NCBI GenBank assembly: GCA_039804225.1
Contig: JBDLWN010000005.1
Span: 1 to 43,202 of the forward strand
Direction of reading: 5' to 3'
Source of the DNA: Chloroflexota bacterium
GTDB lineage: Bacteria > Chloroflexota > Limnocylindria > Limnocylindrales > Limnocylindraceae
DNA: 43,202 nucleotides
The notes under the pieces: generated by a model
What the model saw: only the letters and a program-made list of their open reading frames with translations
Database searches by the model: none
What the model was told of the DNA's origin: nothing
In this document: positions 22,584-32,870 of the stretch, piece after piece
How the letters are laid out: each line of letters begins with the position of its first letter
Position numbering within the stretch: the first letter of the stretch is position 1
Program-made: the position numbers and the translations under genes

Positions 22584-22653
22584 TAACAATCCAGGTTCCC
22601 GCTCCGCCGCCGCCCTGTCGCATCAGCAAGAATTCATATAAACTTCTGCTCCT

Positions 22654-23082
22654 ATGAGCGCACAGCACGCCTCAGCACTCCCCGCCGCCACGGGCGCCGC
22701 CGTCTCCCGCCTTGCGGGGGAGCGTGACGTCATCGAGGCGGCGCGCCGCGTACACCGTGCCCTCGGCGATACCAATCGCCTGGAGGTGGTGCGCCGCCTT
22801 GCCGCTGGCCCCGCCACGGTCTCCGAGCTGATTGAGTTCACTGGCCTCTCGCAGCCGCTCGTCTCGTGGCATTTGCGCCGCCTGCGCGCCGCCGGCCTCG
22901 TCACCACCGAGCGCTCTGGGCGTGAGTCAATCTGCACCCTCCGCACCGCCACCATCGCCGAAGGTCATGCGCTGATGCTCTCCGCCCTCGGTATCGCCGA
23001 CCCCGCCGCCTGGGTTGCCCCAACAGAGGCGCTCCCACATGCCACACCACTTGTTGACGCCGTTCGGGGCGAGGAGGCATAG
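22654..23082 (+). CDS. ArsR/SmtB-family winged-helix transcriptional regulator
   Basis: LGDTNRLEVVRRLAAGPATVSELIEFTGLSQPLVSWHLRRLRAAGLVTTERSGRESICTL is the ArsR HTH signature. It is preceded by an unusually AT-rich stretch (GAATTCATATAAACTTCT). Confidence 0.85.
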   Translation: MSAQHASALPAATGAAVSRLAGERDVIEAARRVHRALGDTNRLEVVRRLAAGPATVSELIEFTGLSQPLVSWHLRRLRAAGLVTTERSGRESICTLRTATIAEGHALMLSALGIADPAAWVAPTEALPHATPLVDAVRGEEA

Positions 23083-23084
23083 CT

Positions 23085-23756
23085 GTGGCAAAGCGCAAGA
23101 TCGCCAAGCGCACCAGCAGCAAGCGCGTCACGCAGGGGAGCCTCCTTACGAACAGCGAGCGGAGCCAGATCAAGCGCATTGGCGAGCCGATCGCGTTGCT
23201 CCTTGGGCGTATCGGCTTCTCGCCCGACGCACTCACCCTTGTTGGCTTCGGCATCGTGTTGGTGGCGACGGCGCAGGTCGCGCTGGGCAACTGGGCGATC
23301 GCAGCGGGCATCCTCATCGCTGGCACGCTCTTTGATGGTCTCGACGGCACACTCGCTCGTGCAACGAATCGCGTCACCGCGTTCGGCGCCTTCTTTGACT
23401 CATCGCTTGATCGCGCGGCAGAGGCTGCGATCTATGCCGGCATTGTGTACAGCGCCGCAGTGATCGGCAACACCCCAATCGCAACTGCAGCGGTGCTTGC
23501 CCTCGGCGTCGGCTCACTCGTGAGCTATGTGCGCGCGCGCGGCGAAGGGCTCGGCGTCTCCGCACACGGCGGCATTGCACAGCGCGCCGAGCGCGCGGTG
23601 ATTCTGATCCTCGGCCTGCTCGTCGCCGGTCTGACTGGTGAAACGAACTACCTGCTCTACGCGCTCATCATCATCGTCGCTCTCTCAGCCGTCACCGTGC
23701 TGCAGCGAATCTTTTTTATTCGCACCGCGTTGGCAACCACCGGGCGTCGCGCATAG
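23085..23756 (+). CDS. pgsA1: CDP-alcohol phosphatidyltransferase, most likely phosphatidylinositol-phosphate synthase
   Basis: The GTG start lies 2 nt after the ArsR stop. FDGLDGTLARATNRVTAFGAFFDSSLDRAAE is the D(x)2DG(x)2AR...G(x)3D(x)3D motif. SYVRARGEGLG...GGIAQRAERA resembles mycobacterial PgsA1. The genomic context (ino1, patA-like, pimA, Nudix) matches the actinobacterial PI/PIM locus. Confidence 0.75.
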   Translation: MAKRKIAKRTSSKRVTQGSLLTNSERSQIKRIGEPIALLLGRIGFSPDALTLVGFGIVLVATAQVALGNWAIAAGILIAGTLFDGLDGTLARATNRVTAFGAFFDSSLDRAAEAAIYAGIVYSAAVIGNTPIATAAVLALGVGSLVSYVRARGEGLGVSAHGGIAQRAERAVILILGLLVAGLTGETNYLLYALIIIVALSAVTVLQRIFFIRTALATTGRRA

Positions 23757-23876
23757 CGCGCCAATTTGATGCTCGCCGCCTGGCGTGAAACGGGCGGTTA
23801 GTGAAGGCGGACTCACAGGTGTGAGCTCGCAAAGCGGAATGGTCGCGTAAGCGACAGAGAAAGGGGTAACAGGGAA

Positions 23877-25094
23877 ATGGTAGAGATGAACGGGCCTCGC
23901 GCCCAGTGGAACGCCCGACCGGCGCCAACCACGCCGATTAAGGCAACGAATCCGATCCGCGTCGCAATCGCGGGCGTCGGTAACTGCGCCAGCAGCTTGG
24001 TACAGGGTCGCTACTTCTACGCCGACGTGGCGAACGATGCAAAGGTTCCAGGACTAATGCACGTTGACCTCGGTGGCTATCACGTGCGTGATCTTGACTA
24101 CGTTGCGGCGTTTGACGTCAACGTGACCAAGGTTGGTAAGGATCTCTCCGTTGCACTTGGCGCAGAGCCAAACAACACCTGGACCTTCCAGGAGATTCCA
24201 ACCACCGGGGTGATCGTTCAGCGTGGACCAACGCTCGACGGCATTGGCAAGTACCTCAAGGATGTGGTGAAAGAGTCACCAGAGAAGCCAGTAGACGTTG
24301 CCGCCGTGCTCAAGGAGCGCAAGGTCGACGTGCTCGTTGCCTACCTTCCAGTCGGCAGTGAAGAGGGAATTCGCTACTACGCCGAGCAGGCGATCAAGGC
24401 CGGATGCGCGTTCGTGAACGCAATTCCAGTCTTCATTGGCCGAGAGCCAGAGTGGCAGAAAAAGTTTGCCGCAGCTGGACTCCCAATCGTTGGAGATGAC
24501 ATCAAGAGCCAGGTTGGCGCAACGATTGCGCACCGCGTTCTTGCCCGGCTCTTTGCCGATCGTGGCGTGCAGCTTGACCGCACCTATCAGCTGAACTTCG
24601 GTGGCAACACCGACTTCCAGAACATGTTGGAGCGCGATCGACTTGAGAGCAAGAAGATCAGCAAGACCAACGCGGTCACCTCGATCCTTGACGAGCAGCT
24701 CGGTGAGGAGCAGGTGCACGTCGGTCCTTCGGACTTCGTGCCATGGCTGCTTGACCGCAAGTGGGCAAACATTCGCCTTGAAGGGACAACCTTCGGTGGT
24801 GTGCCCCTTACGGCCGAACTGAAGCTCGAGGTGTGGGATTCGCCAAACAGTGCTGGCGTCATCACGGACGCTATCCGCTGCGCGAAGATCGGCCTCGATC
24901 GCAAGTTGGCGGGGACGCTCGTTGCGCCTTCGTCGTACTTCATGAAGAGTCCACCAATGCAGCTGCGTGACGATGTCGCCCACGCCGCAGTGGAGGCCTT
25001 CATTCGCGGCGAGGACAACCGCGTCCTCGACGGAACCCAGGTGACCAAGGAGGGGTACCCCGCCTCCGAGTCGCTGAACTCCGTTCGCGCCTAA
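23877..25094 (+). CDS. ino1: myo-Inositol-1-phosphate (inositol-3-phosphate) synthase
   Basis: [22 protein letters not shown]..., [33 protein letters not shown] and [12 protein letters not shown] are bacterial/archaeal Ino1 signatures. An alternative ATG lies at 23886. Confidence 0.9.
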   Translation: MVEMNGPRAQWNARPAPTTPIKATNPIRVAIAGVGNCASSLVQGRYFYADVANDAKVPGLMHVDLGGYHVRDLDYVAAFDVNVTKVGKDLSVALGAEPNNTWTFQEIPTTGVIVQRGPTLDGIGKYLKDVVKESPEKPVDVAAVLKERKVDVLVAYLPVGSEEGIRYYAEQAIKAGCAFVNAIPVFIGREPEWQKKFAAAGLPIVGDDIKSQVGATIAHRVLARLFADRGVQLDRTYQLNFGGNTDFQNMLERDRLESKKISKTNAVTSILDEQLGEEQVHVGPSDFVPWLLDRKWANIRLEGTTFGGVPLTAELKLEVWDSPNSAGVITDAIRCAKIGLDRKLAGTLVAPSSYFMKSPPMQLRDDVAHAAVEAFIRGEDNRVLDGTQVTKEGYPASESLNSVRA

Positions 25095-25194
25095 GCGTTC
25101 CGCTGCGAGGCTGGCTTCGGCCAGCCCCGCCTTCACGCTGGAGAGAGCCGTCGCACCCCGCAAGGGGGCGGCGGCTCTCCCCTACACTCCACAA

Positions 25195-26253
25195 ATGAGC
25201 GAACCACAGCCGCCCCAGGGGGCAGCCACCCCCTCGCCGCTCCGCCGCCAGGCGCCAAAGCGCACCCCTGGCTACCTCGTCCGGCGCGCCTGGGAGCGCA
25301 CCGTTTACGTCGGCTACCGCCTCCTCATGTGGGTCATTGGCATCCTCCCCCCACGCCCGGTTGAGGCGCTCTTCGCCACACTCGCCCCGCTTGCTTATCT
25401 CCTCTGGCCAGCCAAGCGTCGTATCGCCGACGGCAATGCTGCGGTAGTACTCGGCGTGGCGGATGCGGAGGGTCGACCGCTCCCGGGAAGCGAGAATCTC
25501 GTGCGCGCCCGTTCCCTTGCTAACTACCGCACCTATGGACGCTTCGCAGCAGAGCTACTGCGCCTGCCAAGCCGTTCGCTCAAAGAGATCGCCGCTGATG
25601 TTGACCTGAGCGAGGCCGCATTCATGGATGACTACCGCGCACGGGGACAAGCCGCGATCTTCGTAGGTTTTCACGCGGGCAACAATGAGCTTGGCGCCGC
25701 GTCACTTGGCGAACGCGCGTATGACGTGAACGTGGTCGCCGACGACAGCGCCTTCCCAGAAATGTACGAGCTCCTTCGCCGCCTTCGCGCAGCATGGGGA
25801 ATCAAAGTGATCGACTGGAAGGCGATTCGCGAGGTGTTTAGCGCCTTAAAACGCGGTGGTTTCATTGTTTTACTAAGCGATTGGGGATACAAGCCCGATG
25901 GAATCCCGTGCAAACTCTTCGGTCGATGGACGACGCTTCCAAGTGGCCCGGCCGTGTTGAGCGCACGTGGTAACGCACCAATCATCCCGTTCTTTGTTCG
26001 ACGAGAGCGACCCGGACATTTCCGAATTATGTATGGCGCACCAATCAGCGCAGGAAACGGATCTCCAGCCGCACTTCTTGCCGCAACACAAGCGACAGCA
26101 ACTGCGATGGAACATTTGATTCGCACTGAACCACTGCAGTGGAACTGCTTTAAACCAATGTGGCCAAACGCTGCCAAACAGCAAGAGCTTGCAGAGAGCG
26201 CCGCCATCATGTCAACAGAGACAACACGCCGCGGAGGCGAGAGCGCAACATGA
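25195..26253 (+). CDS. LpxL/HtrB-family lipid acyltransferase (PatA-like PIM acyltransferase), copy 1
   Basis: It has an N-terminal hydrophobic anchor, the FVGFHAGNNELG block (HxxxxE/D acyltransferase motif, cf. H.GNWE) and a C-terminal EPLQWNCFKPMW (cf. PEQW.W). Context is next to pimA. Confidence 0.75.
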   Translation: MSEPQPPQGAATPSPLRRQAPKRTPGYLVRRAWERTVYVGYRLLMWVIGILPPRPVEALFATLAPLAYLLWPAKRRIADGNAAVVLGVADAEGRPLPGSENLVRARSLANYRTYGRFAAELLRLPSRSLKEIAADVDLSEAAFMDDYRARGQAAIFVGFHAGNNELGAASLGERAYDVNVVADDSAFPEMYELLRRLRAAWGIKVIDWKAIREVFSALKRGGFIVLLSDWGYKPDGIPCKLFGRWTTLPSGPAVLSARGNAPIIPFFVRRERPGHFRIMYGAPISAGNGSPAALLAATQATATAMEHLIRTEPLQWNCFKPMWPNAAKQQELAESAAIMSTETTRRGGESAT

Positions 26254-27146
26254 GTGCACTGATCGGCTATCTCATTATTGGTGCCCTCTCGTTCGTCGCT
26301 CGTCTTCCAGAATCACTTCTTGTTGGAATCGCACGAGCGTGGGGGAGAGTTGGGCCGCGGTTTATGCGGTCGCGTGCATCCCTTGCGCGAAAGAATCTCT
26401 CTCGCGTCTACACCTACCGTGATGGTGTCGCGCCAACCAGTGCCGCACTTGATCGCGGCGTTGCGCTGCTTTTTGAGCACCATGTGCGCTTTTACATTGA
26501 AACTGCACGAGCGCCACGACATGCGCGGAAGATCATTGCTACGCGTGTCCGCCTTGAGAGCGAAGAGTCTGTGCGGGCTGCGTTTACGCGCGAGAGTGGC
26601 GGCGCAATATTTCTTGCCGCACACTTTGGTGCCATTGAACTGCCTGGTAGCATCCTCGCTGATCACAGCGGCATGAAACCCGTTGCGCCAATGGAAGAGC
26701 TCGGGAATCCGGTGCTGCAACGCTGGATGTTGCGCGTACGAGGCGAGGGGCTTGGGCTTCGTATCATTCGCGCACAGGGTGCCGCTGCGGTGATGTCTGC
26801 AGAACTCGCGGCTGGTGGCATCGTTGGCTTGGTTGGTGATCGAAACATCACAGGGCGCGGAGTGCCTGTTCCGCTCTTTGGTGCGTCGGCGCGACTACCG
26901 ATTGGCGCAGGCCTGCTCGCTGTTGAGAGCGGCGCGCGATTATTTGTTGCGGCGGTTATACGTGAAGATCGCGGACTCTACACGGGATACATTCGGCAAG
27001 TAGAAGTACCAGTAACTGGTGATCGCATGGAGCGCACAAAGAGTGCGCTGGTCGGTGTCGCTGCTGCGTTTGAAGAGTTGATTAGCAAGGCCCCTGAGCA
27101 GTGGTGGACGCTCTTCTATCCAATCTGGGACGATCTACCTTCATGA
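26250..27146 (+). CDS. LpxL/HtrB-family lipid acyltransferase (PatA-like), copy 2
   Basis: The ATG at 26250 overlaps the upstream stop (ATGA). FLAAHFGAIELPG (HxxxxE), GLVGDRNITGRG and APEQWWTLFYPIW are present. The ORF-track start at 26160 lies inside the upstream gene. Confidence 0.75.
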   Translation: MSALIGYLIIGALSFVARLPESLLVGIARAWGRVGPRFMRSRASLARKNLSRVYTYRDGVAPTSAALDRGVALLFEHHVRFYIETARAPRHARKIIATRVRLESEESVRAAFTRESGGAIFLAAHFGAIELPGSILADHSGMKPVAPMEELGNPVLQRWMLRVRGEGLGLRIIRAQGAAAVMSAELAAGGIVGLVGDRNITGRGVPVPLFGASARLPIGAGLLAVESGARLFVAAVIREDRGLYTGYIRQVEVPVTGDRMERTKSALVGVAAAFEELISKAPEQWWTLFYPIWDDLPS

Positions 27147-27970
27147 GCCCAACAAAGCGACGGATGACTGGCCTGCAGGGGAGAGCCGATCTGCACATCC
27201 ATACGATGGCCTCCGACGGCACGGCTGGCGTTGCGCAGGTGCTCGCGCGAGCCGAGGAGCTGCGACTCGATGTGATTGCGATCACAGACCACGACCGGAT
27301 CGATGCGGCGAAAGCTGCACAGGCGATGGCGATCAAGAGCAAGCTGCGCGTGCAGGTCATCGTTGGCGAAGAGATCTCGACGCTGCAAGGGCATGTGCTC
27401 GGGCTCTTCCTCGAGGAGCGCGTTCGCCCGCTCCGATCGCTTCGCCGCACCATCGCTGAGATCCACGAGCAGGGCGGGATCGCCATCCCCGCCCACCCAC
27501 TCTTCCCGCACCCGCTCTGCGCCCAAGCGGGGGCCTTGCGGGCCGTCGCCAATGATCGCGACCCTGCCTGCCGACCCGACGCCCTGGAGACCTTCAACCC
27601 CACGATCTTCGGCACCTTCCCGCGTGTGCGGGTGCAGCGGCTGGCGAAGGAGCTTGGCCTCCCTGGGGTCGGCTCCTCTGACGCTCACGTGCTCGAGGCG
27701 ATCGGACGCGTCTACACGACCTTCCCTGGGCGATCGGCTGCCGCACTCCGCCGCGCGATCCTCGCCGGCACCGTGAAGCCAGGAGAGGGTAAAGATCACA
27801 CGCTGCTCGAAAGCCCCGCGATCTTTGCCCGACAGATGCTGCGGAATCTCATCGGCCTTGGTCAAGATCTGCGCGGCGTCACTCGCCCAATCTGGACGCT
27901 GGGTGGTGAGCGACGTGGTCGTGACCTTGGCTATCCGCATAGCCACAAGCGACCGGTACAACAGAAGTGA
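27143..27970 (+). CDS. PHP-domain (polymerase/histidinol-phosphatase family) metal-dependent phosphoesterase
   Basis: ADLHIHTMASDGTAGVAQVLARAEELRLDVIAITDHDRID..., GGIAIPAHP and GSSDAHVLEAIG give the HxH...DH...H...DAH PHP metal-ligand series. The ATG at 27143 overlaps the upstream stop (ATGA). Confidence 0.85.
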   Translation: MSPTKRRMTGLQGRADLHIHTMASDGTAGVAQVLARAEELRLDVIAITDHDRIDAAKAAQAMAIKSKLRVQVIVGEEISTLQGHVLGLFLEERVRPLRSLRRTIAEIHEQGGIAIPAHPLFPHPLCAQAGALRAVANDRDPACRPDALETFNPTIFGTFPRVRVQRLAKELGLPGVGSSDAHVLEAIGRVYTTFPGRSAAALRRAILAGTVKPGEGKDHTLLESPAIFARQMLRNLIGLGQDLRGVTRPIWTLGGERRGRDLGYPHSHKRPVQQK

Positions 27971-29151
27971 AGATCGGTCTCGTCACACCGTATGTGTACC
28001 CCATGCCAGGTGGGGTGAACGATCACGTCGGCAGTCTCTACCGCGTCCTCCGTTCGCGGGGCCACGATGTGCGCATCATCACCAGCAGTCACGGCCTTCA
28101 GAAGGCATCCGAGGGTGACGTGATTCGCATCGGCAAAGGATTCAGCGTTCCCTTCAACGGCTCCATGGGTACGATTACGTTGAGTCCAACCTATCTTCGC
28201 CAGGTGCGCGAGCTCCTTGAACGCGAACAGTTTGATGTGCTGCACCTCCATGAGCCGTTTGTACCGTTCCTTAGTCTTGTAGTGCTGACGCTTTCCAAAT
28301 CTGTAAACATCGGCACCTTCCACGCATTCGGTGGGCTCTCACTCAGCTATGAGTTTGGGCGACGCGTCATGGGTGACTACGCGAATCGACTGCATGGTCG
28401 AATAGCTGTGAGTCCAGCTGCACGTCACTTCATTAGCCGCTACTTTCCAAGTGAGTACAAGATCGTGCCAAACGGTGTTGAGCCGAGCCTCTATCGCAGC
28501 GCTGTGCCGATTGCTCGCTATCGTGACGGTGTTCCGAACGTACTCTTTGTCGGCCGCATGGAGCCCCGAAAAGGACTGATTCATCTCTTGCGCGCGATTC
28601 GCAAGATGCAGGTGAACGGGGAGCAGGTTCGCCTCCTGATTGTTGGCAGTGGTCCGGGTGAGCGCGAAGCGCGCCGCTATGTACTAACTCGGCAACTGAA
28701 TAATGTCGAATTTCTTGGGCGTGTTAGTGATGCCGAGAAGCGGCAGCTCTTCAAGACCGCAGATGTGTTTGTCTCTCCGGCAACAGGGAGAGAGTCATTC
28801 GGCATCGTGCTGCTCGAAGCGATGTCTGCAGGCGCGCCAGTAATCTGCTCCGACATTCATGGCTACCGCGCCGTCGTGCGACGCGAACGTGATGGCATCT
28901 TGGTTCCACCAGCAGACTCTGATGCACTCGCTGATGCAATCGGCCGCGTTATCCATGATTCAGAACTGAAGGAGCGGCTTAGTGCCGCCGGCATTGAACG
29001 CTCTGAGCTCTTCACGTGGGATCGCGTCGGCGCATCGGTCGACGAGTACTACGGCTTCGTGATTCGTCGCCTTGCAGAGCAGGGTGCACTACCGAGTGGA
29101 TTCAACGCACCGATTCCCGCGCCACCAGGGCCGCGTCGCCGCAGCGCTTAG
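27967..29151 (+). CDS. pimA: GT4 glycosyltransferase, probable phosphatidylinositol alpha-mannosyltransferase
   Basis: MKIGLVTPYVYPMPGGVNDHVGSLYRVLRSRGHDVRIITSS resembles the PimA N-terminus. The C-terminal GT4 motif is RESFGIVLLEAMSAGAPVICSD (E(x)7E). GTGA overlap with the PHP gene. Confidence 0.8.
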   Translation: MKIGLVTPYVYPMPGGVNDHVGSLYRVLRSRGHDVRIITSSHGLQKASEGDVIRIGKGFSVPFNGSMGTITLSPTYLRQVRELLEREQFDVLHLHEPFVPFLSLVVLTLSKSVNIGTFHAFGGLSLSYEFGRRVMGDYANRLHGRIAVSPAARHFISRYFPSEYKIVPNGVEPSLYRSAVPIARYRDGVPNVLFVGRMEPRKGLIHLLRAIRKMQVNGEQVRLLIVGSGPGEREARRYVLTRQLNNVEFLGRVSDAEKRQLFKTADVFVSPATGRESFGIVLLEAMSAGAPVICSDIHGYRAVVRRERDGILVPPADSDALADAIGRVIHDSELKERLSAAGIERSELFTWDRVGASVDEYYGFVIRRLAEQGALPSGFNAPIPAPPGPRRRSA

Positions 29152-29155
29152 CGTG

Positions 29156-29872
29156 TTACGCCTTCGCGAGGCGCGAAGCAAGCTCGCAGAGCAGGCGCGC
29201 CGTTAGTCCCCACACTCGTCGCTCACCAGGCACGGGGATAACGCCGTACCGAAGAAGTTGGCCCTCCTCGGTCGCATCAACAACGTGCACCTCATGTCGC
29301 GGATCAAAGAGCCCGAGCTCAGCTCCGAGCGTCTCGGCAACCTCGCGCGGATCTGGGGTGATCCTAGGCGTTTGCGGCGCAACAGCAACAAGTACCTGCA
29401 CAAGGAAGTTGCTCGCTGGAACATAAGCGGGATCAAGCGAACCAACAAAGCGAATGTCGTGTTCTGGATCTGCAGCATGAAACCCAAGCTCTTCATGAAG
29501 CTCGCGAATTGCTGTCTCTTGCGGCGTTTCGTTCCCCTCAAGTTCACCGCCCGGAAGAGCGATCTGTCCACCGTGGCGACCGCGCTCTGCGCGCTTAATC
29601 AGCAGCACCTGGCAGTCGTACGGATGCGGATCAACGCTGTCGCCACCACCGGTCGGGCTGCAACTTCCTAGAGCCACTGGTGGCACAAGCAGGGCGGTCA
29701 CCACTGCAATGCGCGGATTGCTGCTGGCAGGCGGATTTAGGTCAACCGGCTCCAGGCCTGGCAGGCGGAGCGGGGTGAGCGCCTCAGGAAGCGGAAGGGG
29801 GAGTGCGGGGAGACGCCCCGTCGCGTCGCGACGGAGCGCCTCCTCAATACGGTCTGCGAGGCGGTTGATCAA
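29156..29872 (-). CDS. Nudix hydrolase (CoA-pyrophosphatase-like, like the Nudix gene next to pimA in mycobacteria)
   Basis: The Nudix box is [40 protein letters not shown] is typical of the NUDT7/CoA pyrophosphatase group. It is convergent with pimA with a 4-nt gap. Confidence 0.85.
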   Translation of the reverse strand: MINRLADRIEEALRRDATGRLPALPLPLPEALTPLRLPGLEPVDLNPPASSNPRIAVVTALLVPPVALGSCSPTGGGDSVDPHPYDCQVLLIKRAERGRHGGQIALPGGELEGNETPQETAIRELHEELGFHAADPEHDIRFVGSLDPAYVPASNFLVQVLVAVAPQTPRITPDPREVAETLGAELGLFDPRHEVHVVDATEEGQLLRYGVIPVPGERRVWGLTARLLCELASRLAKA

Positions 29873-29881
29873 CGCGTCAGA

Positions 29882-32391
<2,510 letters not shown>

Positions 32392-32395
<4 letters not shown>

Positions 32396-32748
32396 GATCG
32401 TCCCCTTCCTGCCGCAGCCTGCGGCGCTCGCTTCGCCTCTTTGCTTTGACCCTCTTCGTACAGTCGCTCCAAGATTCGTTCGCCGAGTCGCTCCTCGAGT
32501 TCGAAGAGGAGCTTGATCCCGGCGAGGTTGACCCCAAAGTCTTGCGTCAGGTGGCGTATCCAGAGGATCCGCCGAAGGTCGTTCTCAGAGAAGAGGCGGA
32601 TGTTTGATTCGGTTCGAGAGGGACAGATGAGACCCTCCTCTTCGTAGATCCGTAGGGTTCGTGGATGGGCCGAAACGATATTTGCGGCCACGCTGATCAC
32701 GTAGACCGGCCGGGCTGGATCGACGCCTGTACCCCTGCTCTTCAACAC
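32392..32748 (-). CDS. hspR: MerR-family heat-shock repressor, HspR-like
   Basis: PVYVISVAANIVSAHPRTLRIYEEEGLICPSRTESNIRLFSENDLRRILWIRHLTQDFGVNLAGIKLLFELE closely follows the HspR pattern (VYVISVAA...HPQTLR.Y...GL..P.RT....R.YS..D...L......L....G.NLAGIK). GTG start; ATGA overlap with lon. Confidence 0.8.
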
Positions 32749-32784
32749 CCGGATAGGCTACAACCCTATCAATACCATTGTCAA
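32749..32784 (-). promoter_or_regulatory. Putative sigma-70/SigA-type promoter giving a leaderless hspR-lon transcript
   Basis: The minus strand reads TTGACA (32784-32779), an 18-nt spacer, TAGCCT (32760-32755, fits TAnnnT), 6 nt, then GTG (32748). The spacer contains an imperfect palindrome TGACAAT-ggt-ATTGATA. Confidence 0.35.
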
Positions 32785-32870
32785 GAGAGTTATCCACAGA
32801 ATGGCAAACACGGGGGCAAGGAGAACCTCGGATGATGGTGATCTGCGGGGGTCGCTGGGGCGGGAGCTAC

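Noticed and set aside
29162-29178. A perfect 7-bp hairpin CTTCGCG-agg-CGCGAAG just after the pimA stop, as a bidirectional terminator
   Set aside because: It lies inside the 3' coding end of the convergent Nudix gene and has no flanking T/A runs on either strand. It may still pause transcription, but the support is too weak to call it a terminator.
32749-32870. A canonical HspR operator (HAIR, CTTGAGT-N7-ACTCAAG) upstream of hspR
   Set aside because: I scanned both strands of the spacer and found only a partial half-site (CTCTTGACA) that coincides with the -35 box. No matching inverted partner is present.
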